DNA of 64,000 nucleotides from Candidatus Fervidifonticultor secundus (GTDB taxonomy: Bacteria > Sysuimicrobiota > Sysuimicrobiia > Sysuimicrobiales > Humicultoraceae), in the NCBI GenBank assembly GCA_031459385.1, contig JAVKIP010000004.1, positions 64,001 to 128,000 of the forward strand, written 5' to 3'. The translations under genes and the position numbers were made by a program. The notes beneath the pieces are model-generated. The model did no database searches and was not told the origin of the DNA. It worked only from the letters and a program-made list of their open reading frames with translations. Positions 57,005-64,000 of this stretch are shown in pieces; position 1 is the first letter of the stretch, and each line of letters opens with the position of its first letter.

Positions 57005-57034
57005 TTGACGCGACCGCGACAGGGCGTCTATAAT
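57005..57034 (+). promoter_or_regulatory. Sigma70 promoter TTGACG-N18-TATAAT
   Basis: Near-perfect boxes upstream of the hpt SD AAGGAG. Confidence 0.85.
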
Positions 57035-57066
57035 GGCCCCAATCCCCTCCAGAAGGAGCCCGTCCG

Positions 57067-57618
57067 GTGGGCCTGGCGGACGACGTCGAAGAAGTCCTCA
57101 TCCCGGAGGAGGTCCTCCTGGACCGAATCCGGGAACTCGGGCGGCAGATCTCCGTCGAGTACGACGCCAAAGAGCCCCTGCTGATCGGCATCCTGACAGG
57201 GGCGTTCGTGTTCATGGCCGATCTGCTGCGCGCCATCACGATCCCCTGCCAGGTCGACTTCATGGCCACGGCCTCCTACGCGGGCACGGAGTCCAGCGGG
57301 ATCGTCCGCATTCTCAAAGACCTCGACCAGACCATCGAAGGTCGGCACGTGCTGGTGGTCGACGACATCATCGACACCGGCCTGACGATGGACTACCTCC
57401 TTGAGACGCTCAAGGCGCGCTACCCGGCCTCCCTGCGCGTCTGCGCCCTCCTGGACAAGAAGCCGCGCCGGCGGCGCGAGATCCCCATCGACTTCGCCGG
57501 GTTCGTCATTCCCGACCGGTTCGTGGTCGGCTACGGCCTGGACTTCGCCGGCCGCTACCGCAACCTGCGCTACATCGGCGTGCTCAAGCCCGAACTGTAC
57601 GGGATCCCCCCAGCGTGA
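57067..57618 (+). CDS. hpt: Hypoxanthine phosphoribosyltransferase
   Basis: GAFVFMADLLR, VVDDIIDTGLT, LLDK, FVVGYGLD..RYRNL. Confidence 0.95.
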   Translation: MGLADDVEEVLIPEEVLLDRIRELGRQISVEYDAKEPLLIGILTGAFVFMADLLRAITIPCQVDFMATASYAGTESSGIVRILKDLDQTIEGRHVLVVDDIIDTGLTMDYLLETLKARYPASLRVCALLDKKPRRRREIPIDFAGFVIPDRFVVGYGLDFAGRYRNLRYIGVLKPELYGIPPA

Positions 57619-57628
57619 GGTGAGCCAG

Positions 57629-58843
57629 ATGGCGACGCGCGTGGAAGCACCGGCAATCGGCGCTGGCGCGCTCGGCGGCGGTGAGTGGCTGGGCCGCGGC
57701 CGCCTGGTCCGGCGCACGTACAGCCTGGAGGACGTGGCGCTGGTGCCGGCGACGTCGACACTCGATCCCGAGGACACGGACACGTCCTGGCAACTCGGGC
57801 CCCATGTCTTCCGCCTGCCATTCGTCGCCTCGGCGATGGACAGCGTCGTCGACGTGGGCATGGCCGAGGCGATGTGGCGCCTGGGCGGGCTCGCCGTGCT
57901 GAACCTCGAGGGGCTGCAGACGCGCTATCCCGACCCGGCCGAGCCGCTGGCGGCCATCGCGGCCGCAGCGCAGGACGAGGTGGTCGCGCTCATGCAGCGC
58001 CTGTACCAGGCGCCGATCCAGGACGACCTGGTGGCTGCGCGCGTCGGCGCCATCAAGGCGACCGGAGCCATCTGCGCGGTCTCCGTGACACCGGCCGCGG
58101 CCGCGCGCCTGGCGCCGCTGGCGCAGCAGGCCGGGGCCGACCTGGTGCTGGTGCAGTCCACCGTGATCACCGAGGCCCACCGCTCGACCCGGGGGCGCGC
58201 GCTGTCGCTGCGGCAGCTGGCCGCCCAGCTGGGCGTGCCCGTGCTGGCCGGGAACTGCGTGTCGTATGCCGCGGCCCTGGGCCTGATGGAGGCGGGCGCG
58301 GCGGCGGTCTTCGTCGGCGTCGGCCCTGGCGCGGCCTGCACCAGCCGCCGCGTGCTCGGCATCGGCGTCCCCCAGGCCACGGCGATCTGCGATGCGGCTG
58401 CCGCGCGCGCGGACTTCCTGGCCCGCACCGGTCGCTACGTCCCCGTGGTGGCCGACGGCGGTATCGCCACCGGCGGCGACGTGGCGAAGGCCATCGCCTG
58501 CGGCGCCGACGCCGTGATGCTGGGCTCGGCGCTGGCGCGCGCGGCCGAGGCGCCCGGGCGCGGCTTCCACTGGGGCATGGCCACGCCCCACGCCGCGCTG
58601 CCTCGCGGCACGCGCATCCGGGTGGGCACGACCGGCACCCTGCGCCAGATCCTGCTGGGACCGGCGGCCACCGACGATGGCTCGCACAACCTGGCCGAGG
58701 CCCTGCGGACTGCCATGGGGATGTGCGGCGCGGCCACGATTCGCGAGATGCACCAGGTCGAGCTGGTCCTGGCTCCGCAGCTCGGCGCCGAGGGCAAGGC
58801 GGCGCAGTTCAGCCAGCAGGTGGGGCAGGGGCGGGCGCGGTGA
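57629..58843 (+). CDS. guaB: IMP dehydrogenase, GuaB3-like (no CBS domains)
   Basis: [28 protein letters not shown] (catalytic Cys), VADGG, HWGMATP..LPRGTR. Confidence 0.85.
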   Translation: MATRVEAPAIGAGALGGGEWLGRGRLVRRTYSLEDVALVPATSTLDPEDTDTSWQLGPHVFRLPFVASAMDSVVDVGMAEAMWRLGGLAVLNLEGLQTRYPDPAEPLAAIAAAAQDEVVALMQRLYQAPIQDDLVAARVGAIKATGAICAVSVTPAAAARLAPLAQQAGADLVLVQSTVITEAHRSTRGRALSLRQLAAQLGVPVLAGNCVSYAAALGLMEAGAAAVFVGVGPGAACTSRRVLGIGVPQATAICDAAAARADFLARTGRYVPVVADGGIATGGDVAKAIACGADAVMLGSALARAAEAPGRGFHWGMATPHAALPRGTRIRVGTTGTLRQILLGPAATDDGSHNLAEALRTAMGMCGAATIREMHQVELVLAPQLGAEGKAAQFSQQVGQGRAR

Positions 58844-60420
58844 CGACCCGGGCTGCCCTGCAGGCGCAGCCGTCACCGGCCTCCGCGGCCGCGGAGCGGC
58901 CGGTCATCGTGCTGGACTTCGGCGCGCAGTACGCCCAGCTCATCGCGCGCCGCATCCGCGAAGCCCGCGTCTACAGCCTGATCCTGCCCTACGACACACC
59001 GGTCGCCCGGCTCCTGGCCTACCGGCCGCGGGGCATCCTGCTCTCCGGCGGGCCGGCCAGCGTCTACGAACCTGCCGCGCCGCGCGTAGATCCCGCGCTC
59101 TTCGCGGCCGGCATCCCCATCCTGGGCATCTGCTACGGCATGCAGCTCATGGCCCACCTGCTCGGCGGGCAGACCGCGGCGGCCGACCAGCGCGAGTACG
59201 GCCGCACCCGGCTGTTCGTGGACGACGGGGCAGATCTCTTCGCCGGCCTGGAGCCGCGCCTCATCTGCTGGATGAGCCACGGCGACTCGGTCGTGGCCCT
59301 GCCGCCGGGCTTCGTCGCTCTGGCCCACACCGACCGCAGCCCCGTGGCGGCGATGGCCGACCGTTCCCGCCGGCTCTACGGCCTGCAGTTCCACCCCGAG
59401 GTCTCGCACACGCCGTGGGGTCTCGAGGTGCTGCGCAACTTCCTCTACGGGATCTGCCGCTGCGAGCCCACCTGGACCATGGCGTCGTTCGTGGACCGGG
59501 CGGTGGGCGCCATCCGCGCGCAGGTGGGCGCCGGCCGTGCGCTGTGCGCCCTCTCGGGCGGGGTGGACTCGGCCACCGCCGCCGCGCTGGTCCACCGCGC
59601 CATCGGCGATCAGCTCGCGTGCGTCTTCGTCGACCACGGCCTGCTGCGCAAGGGCGAAGCCGAGCAGGTGATCGCGACGTTCCGGGACACCTTCCAGATC
59701 CCGCTGGTCCACGTGGACGCCCGCGAGCGGTTCCTGGCCCGTCTGCGGGGCGTGGTCGATCCCGAGCAGAAGCGTCGGATCATTGGGGAGGAGTTCGTGC
59801 GCGTCTTCGAGGACCAGGCCGCGCGGGTGGGGACGATCGACTTCCTCGTGCAGGGGACGCTGTATCCCGACGTGATCGAGAGCGGCACGCGCACCGCGGC
59901 GCGCATCAAGACCCACCACAACGTCGGCGGGCTCCCCGAGCGCATGCCCTTCCAGCTGGTGGAGCCATTCCGCGACCTCTTCAAGGACGAGGTGCGCGAG
60001 GTAGCGCGCCAGCTGGGGCTGCCCGACCGCATGGTCATGCGGCACCCGTTTCCGGGGCCCGGGCTGGCCATCCGCGTGCTGGGCGAGGTCACGGCCGAGA
60101 AGCTGGCGCTGCTGCGCGAGGCCGACGCCATCATCCTCGAGGAACTGCGGGAGGCCGGGTGGGCCGGGCAGCTCTGGCAGGCGTTCGGCGTACTGCTGCC
60201 CGTGTACACGGTCGGGGTCATGGGCGACGCGCGCACCTACGGGCAGGTGGTGGTCGTCCGCGCCGTCACCAGCGAGGACGGGATGACCGCCGATTGGGCG
60301 CGCCTGCCCGACGACGTCCTGGAGGCGATCGCCAGCCGCATCACCCGCGAGGTCCCGGGCATCACCCGGGTCGTCTACGACCTCACCAGCAAGCCGCCCG
60401 CGACGATCGAGTGGGAGTAG
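58840..60420 (+). CDS. guaA: GMP synthase (glutamine-hydrolysing)
   Basis: [43 protein letters not shown]. Confidence 0.97.
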   Translation: MTTRAALQAQPSPASAAAERPVIVLDFGAQYAQLIARRIREARVYSLILPYDTPVARLLAYRPRGILLSGGPASVYEPAAPRVDPALFAAGIPILGICYGMQLMAHLLGGQTAAADQREYGRTRLFVDDGADLFAGLEPRLICWMSHGDSVVALPPGFVALAHTDRSPVAAMADRSRRLYGLQFHPEVSHTPWGLEVLRNFLYGICRCEPTWTMASFVDRAVGAIRAQVGAGRALCALSGGVDSATAAALVHRAIGDQLACVFVDHGLLRKGEAEQVIATFRDTFQIPLVHVDARERFLARLRGVVDPEQKRRIIGEEFVRVFEDQAARVGTIDFLVQGTLYPDVIESGTRTAARIKTHHNVGGLPERMPFQLVEPFRDLFKDEVREVARQLGLPDRMVMRHPFPGPGLAIRVLGEVTAEKLALLREADAIILEELREAGWAGQLWQAFGVLLPVYTVGVMGDARTYGQVVVVRAVTSEDGMTADWARLPDDVLEAIASRITREVPGITRVVYDLTSKPPATIEWE

Positions 60421-60458
60421 CCCGCGAGGCCGCCGGCCGATATAGTGGACGGCGGACG

Positions 60459-62612
60459 ATGGACCTGCTGGCCGACCTGAACCCCGAGCAACGCCAGGCG
60501 GTCACGCACCCCGGGGGCCCGCTGCTGGTGCTCGCTGGCGCCGGGTCCGGCAAGACCCGGGTGCTGACCTACCGCATCGCGTACCTGATCCGCGCCCGGG
60601 ACGTACCGCCGGCGCGCATCCTGGCCGTGACGTTCACCAACAGGGCCGCGGCCGAGATGCGCCAGCGGCTGGCGCTGCTGCTGGGCGGCGCCGTGGCGCG
60701 CCCCATGTGGATCGGCACGTTCCACGCCACCTGCAGCCGCATCCTGCGCCACCACGGCGCAGCGATCGGCATCCCGCCGACGTTTGCGGTCTACGACGAG
60801 GAGGATCAGCGCGGGGTGCTGCGGGAGGCGATGGAGGCCCTGGGCCTGGACGAGCGCCGGTACCCCCCGCAGGTACTCCACGCCCTGATCGGCCGGGCCA
60901 AGGACGAGGCGCTGGATGCCGACCGCTTCGCGGCGCGCGCGCGCACCTTCCTGGAGGAGGCTGCGGCGCGGGTCTGGCGCGTCTACGAGACGACGCTGCG
61001 CGCGCGGGGCGCGTTGGACTTCGACGATCTCATCTGCGAGGTCCTGCGGCTGTTCGACGCGCACCCGGACGTCCTGGCGACGTACCAGGAGCGCTTCCTC
61101 CACGTGCTGGTCGACGAGTACCAGGACACCAATCACGCGCAGTACCTGCTGGTGCGGGCGCTCGCCGGCCGACACCGGAACGTGACCGTCGTGGGCGATG
61201 ACGACCAGAGCATCTACCGGTGGCGCGGCGCCGACGTCCGCAACATCCTGGAGTTCGAGCGCGACTACCCCGACGCCACAGTCATCACCCTGACCCAGAA
61301 CTACCGCTCCACCAAGACGATCCTGGCTGCCGCGCACGGGGTGATCCAGCACAACCCGCACCGCCATCCCAAGGACCTCTGGACCGGGAACGAGGCCGGC
61401 GTGCCGATCACCGTCTACGAGGCCGCGGACGGCGCCGATGAGGCGCAGTTCATCGTGGACGAGATCGTCTCGCACCGCGCAGCCGGCGGCCGGCTGCGCG
61501 ACGTGGCGGTCCTGTACCGCACCAACGCCCAGTCCCGGTTGCTGGAGGAGGCGTGCCTGCGCGCCGGCCTCCCCTATCAGGTCGTGGGCGGGGTGCGGTT
61601 CTACGAACGCCGGGAGGTCAAGGACCTGCTGGCGTACCTGCGCCTCGTGGTCAACCCCGACGACCTCACGAGCCTGCGGCGCGCCCTGGCCGCGCCCAGG
61701 CGCGGGGTGGGTGAAACCTCCCTGCAGCGCGTGATCGCCTACGCGCAGGCTGCCGGCTGCCCGGTGCTGGAGGCGATGCAGCGCCCCGAGGCACTGGCGG
61801 AGGTGGCGCGGCCTGCCGCCCGGGCGCTGGAGGCCTTCGCCCGGCTCATCGGCGAGTTGCGGGCGCTGGCCGCGCGGCTCCCGGCCAGCCAGGTCATCGC
61901 GCAGGCCATGGTCCGCACGGGCTATCAGGCCATGCTGGAGGCCGAGGGCACCGATGATGCGCTTTCGCGGCTGGAGAACCTCCGTGAGCTGGTCACCGTA
62001 GCGCAGGAGGTGGAGGAGGCCACGGGCGAGATCGAGCTGGTGGCGTTCCTCCAGCACCTGGCGCTGGTGGCCGACGTGGACACGTACCGCGACGACCTGG
62101 ACCGGGTGACGCTCATGACCCTGCACAGCGCCAAGGGGCTGGAGTTCCCCGTGGTCGTCATTGCGGGCCTGGAAGAGGGTCTGTGTCCCCACGCGCGGGC
62201 CATAGAAGAGGAGGGGGGCCTGGACGAGGAACGGCGCCTGTGCTACGTGGGGTTCACGCGCGCCAAGCGCCGCCTGATCCTCACCCATGCCCGGACCCGC
62301 GTGGTCTTCGGCACCACCCACCTGGCCATCCCGTCGCGGTTCCTGGACGAGATCCCCGAGGCGCTGGTCGCCGTGGCGCCGCCCCGCGAGCAGTGGGCCG
62401 TCCCCGCGGGCGGCGCCGCGCGTGCGGGGGGCGCTCCCCGCGGTACCGTCCGGACGCCGGACGTCGGCGCCCGCGTCCGCCACGCCAGGTTCGGTGAGGG
62501 GCAGGTGCTGGAGGTGGAAGGTGAGGGCGCAGGGGCGATCGTCACCGTGCGCTTCGCGGGCGCGGTCAGGCGCCTGGCGCTGGCCTATGCTCCGCTCGAA
62601 CCCGCCGACTGA
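60459..62612 (+). CDS. pcrA: ATP-dependent DNA helicase PcrA/UvrD
   Basis: LNPEQ, AGAGSGKT, VDEYQDTN, VGDDDQSIY, NYRST, TLHSAKGLEF, EERRL, C-terminal Tudor-like VRHARFG. Confidence 0.95.
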   Translation: MDLLADLNPEQRQAVTHPGGPLLVLAGAGSGKTRVLTYRIAYLIRARDVPPARILAVTFTNRAAAEMRQRLALLLGGAVARPMWIGTFHATCSRILRHHGAAIGIPPTFAVYDEEDQRGVLREAMEALGLDERRYPPQVLHALIGRAKDEALDADRFAARARTFLEEAAARVWRVYETTLRARGALDFDDLICEVLRLFDAHPDVLATYQERFLHVLVDEYQDTNHAQYLLVRALAGRHRNVTVVGDDDQSIYRWRGADVRNILEFERDYPDATVITLTQNYRSTKTILAAAHGVIQHNPHRHPKDLWTGNEAGVPITVYEAADGADEAQFIVDEIVSHRAAGGRLRDVAVLYRTNAQSRLLEEACLRAGLPYQVVGGVRFYERREVKDLLAYLRLVVNPDDLTSLRRALAAPRRGVGETSLQRVIAYAQAAGCPVLEAMQRPEALAEVARPAARALEAFARLIGELRALAARLPASQVIAQAMVRTGYQAMLEAEGTDDALSRLENLRELVTVAQEVEEATGEIELVAFLQHLALVADVDTYRDDLDRVTLMTLHSAKGLEFPVVVIAGLEEGLCPHARAIEEEGGLDEERRLCYVGFTRAKRRLILTHARTRVVFGTTHLAIPSRFLDEIPEALVAVAPPREQWAVPAGGAARAGGAPRGTVRTPDVGARVRHARFGEGQVLEVEGEGAGAIVTVRFAGAVRRLALAYAPLEPAD

Positions 62613-62660
62613 GCACGGCGTGACCGCGACGCCGCACGGGGTTTCGGTGACCGACGATCC

Positions 62661-62680
62661 TGCTATGCTGGTGGTACGAT
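62661..62680 (+). promoter_or_regulatory. Two tandem extended -10-like boxes (TGcTATGCT, TGgTACGAT)
   Basis: Located 60-80 nt upstream of ATG 62743. Confidence 0.45.
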
Positions 62681-62742
62681 CACCGCGCCGACGCCCGTGG
62701 CAGCGGCGGAACGGGCGACGGCAGGGAGGGCGAGCGCGTCCC

Positions 62743-64000
62743 ATGGTGTCGAGACGGCTGATGGTGGTGCTGGTCGTGACAGCCGTGGCCCTGGCTCCGG
62801 CGATGGCGCAGGGTGGCGCCGCGCCGGGGCTGTCGGCGCCCAAGGTGATGGAGGCCCCCGACGTGGGCAGGGCCGGGGGCACCTTCGTGGTGACCTCGAT
62901 CTCCGACCCCCGCACCTTCAACCTGATCGTCGCCCAGGAGACCTCGTCCACCGTGCCGCTGGGCTATCTGTTCGAGAGCCTGGCCGAGACGAACCGGATC
63001 ACGACCGAGGTCGAACCCAACCTGGCCGAGTCGTGGACGGTGAGCCGGGACGGGCGCACCTGGACGTTCACGCTGCGCCGCGGCGTGCAGTGGTTCGACG
63101 GCCGGCCGGTCACGGCCGACGACGTCGTCTTCACCATGGATGCGATCTTCACCCCGGGCGTGCAGTCCAGCTACCCTGACGTGCTCACCATCGCCGGCAA
63201 GCGCATTCAGTACCGGAAGGTCGACGACTACACCGTCGAGTTCCGTACCGAGCAGCCGTTCGGTCCCTTCCTGCGCACGGTGGGTGGCATCGCGCCCATC
63301 CCCAGACACCGGCTGGAGCCGGTGCTGCGGGCGGGCGCCGCCGAGTTCAACCGGGCCTGGGGCATCAACACGCCGCCGCGCGAGCTGATCGGCAACGGCC
63401 CCTTCGTGATGCAGACCTACACGCCCGGCCAGCGGATCGTCTATCTGCGCAACGACAAGTACTGGAAGGTGGACAAGCGCGGGCAGCGGCTGCCCTACCT
63501 GGCCCGGCTGGTGATCGAGATCGTGCCCAACCTGGACGCTGCCCGGCTGAAGTTCCTGGCCCGCGAGACCGACGTCTACGGTGCCCGGCCCCGCGAGTAC
63601 GCCGAGTTCCGGGCGATGCAGCAGCAGCACAACTTCACGATCTTCGACGGGCCGCCGGCGTTCGGCACCGAGTTCCTGATGTTCAACCAGAACCCGGCCG
63701 GCGTGCGCCCGCCCAAGCTGACCTGGTTCCAGAGCGTCAAGTTCCGCCAGGCAGTGAGCCACGCCATCGACCGGGACGCCATCGTGCGGCAGGTGTACGC
63801 CGGGCGGGCCACGCCCCAGTTCGGACCGGTGAGCCCCGCCAACAAGTTCTTCTTCAACCCCAACGTGCGCAAGTATCCGTATGACCTCGCCCGGGCCGAG
63901 GCTCTGCTGCGCGAGGCCGGGTTCGCCAGGGGGGCCGACGGCCTGCTCCGCGATGGCCAGGGGAACGTCGTGGAGTTCACCATCGCCACCAACGCGGGCA
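62743..64000 (+). CDS. ABC transporter substrate-binding protein, family 5 (peptide/nickel type); 3' truncated by window edge
   Basis: Absent from the ORF track (no stop in window). Read manually: signal peptide MVSRRLMVV, DPRTFN, LAESWTVS.DG..WTFTLR.GV.W.DG.P.TADDVVFT, GNGPF, FRQAVSHAIDR. Confidence 0.9.
   Translation, partial: MVSRRLMVVLVVTAVALAPAMAQGGAAPGLSAPKVMEAPDVGRAGGTFVVTSISDPRTFNLIVAQETSSTVPLGYLFESLAETNRITTEVEPNLAESWTVSRDGRTWTFTLRRGVQWFDGRPVTADDVVFTMDAIFTPGVQSSYPDVLTIAGKRIQYRKVDDYTVEFRTEQPFGPFLRTVGGIAPIPRHRLEPVLRAGAAEFNRAWGINTPPRELIGNGPFVMQTYTPGQRIVYLRNDKYWKVDKRGQRLPYLARLVIEIVPNLDAARLKFLARETDVYGARPREYAEFRAMQQQHNFTIFDGPPAFGTEFLMFNQNPAGVRPPKLTWFQSVKFRQAVSHAIDRDAIVRQVYAGRATPQFGPVSPANKFFFNPNVRKYPYDLARAEALLREAGFARGADGLLRDGQGNVVEFTIATNAG

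Noticed and set aside
60434..60449. Third NrdR box before pcrA (..ATATAGTG)
   Set aside because: Only the right half matches; better explained as a -10 box TATAGT.
1048..62612. Apparent N-terminal extensions or fusions in the ORF track (1048..3813, 33527..35032, 57685..60420, 58677..62612)
   Set aside because: The extensions are off-frame read-through of the upstream gene; downstream starts with SD or stop-start coupling explain the real proteins.
944..62951. Many long minus-strand or alternate-frame ORFs (e.g. 944..2617, 16110..19040, 43141..47124, 60375..62951)
   Set aside because: They shadow well-supported + strand genes, are Arg/Pro/Gly/Ala-rich with no motifs, and are expected at this GC content.
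1..64000. CRISPR arrays, rRNA, IS/transposase or prophage genes
   Set aside because: None recognised by eye.

Overview
Very GC-rich bacterial chromosomal segment, almost entirely + strand and densely coding. It looks like a diderm Terrabacteria genome; Armatimonadota/CSP1-3-like is my inference from gene content, not a tested assignment. In order: (1) Fe3+ ABC transporter and lipB, followed by a sulfur/thiol cluster (sulfur carrier ending GG-A, SerK/SbnI-like ParB-fold kinase, CysM-like PLP synthase, JAMM peptidase, 3-Cys Rrf2, SigR/SigH-like ECF sigma with ZAS anti-sigma, RidA); (2) ornithine cyclodeaminase family gene, tRNA-Gln, glmU-prs-wecA/tagO-wecB; (3) a ~28 kb outer-membrane biogenesis cluster (secreted lipoyl-fold protein, 2 SpoIVB-like proteases, TamB, sigma factor plus membrane partner, BamA, 3 Skp/OmpH, lpxD/C/A/I/B, lptC/A/B/FG, ArnT-like, DUF3084); (4) a cobalamin-riboswitch btuB cassette; (5) an SLH-barrel OmpM/SlpA-type gene with a long structured leader; (6) a HEPN-MNT pair; (7) pyrDFE behind a PyrR element, hpt-guaB3-guaA-pcrA behind tandem NrdR-like boxes, and a partial family-5 ABC binding protein. 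Top leads: a free-serine-kinase/sulfur-carrier cysteine pathway, a putative SpoIVB-sigma-antisigma envelope signalling module, NrdR control of a guanine-nucleotide operon, and a switch-like leader RNA. All calls come from motif recognition by eye; no searches were run.
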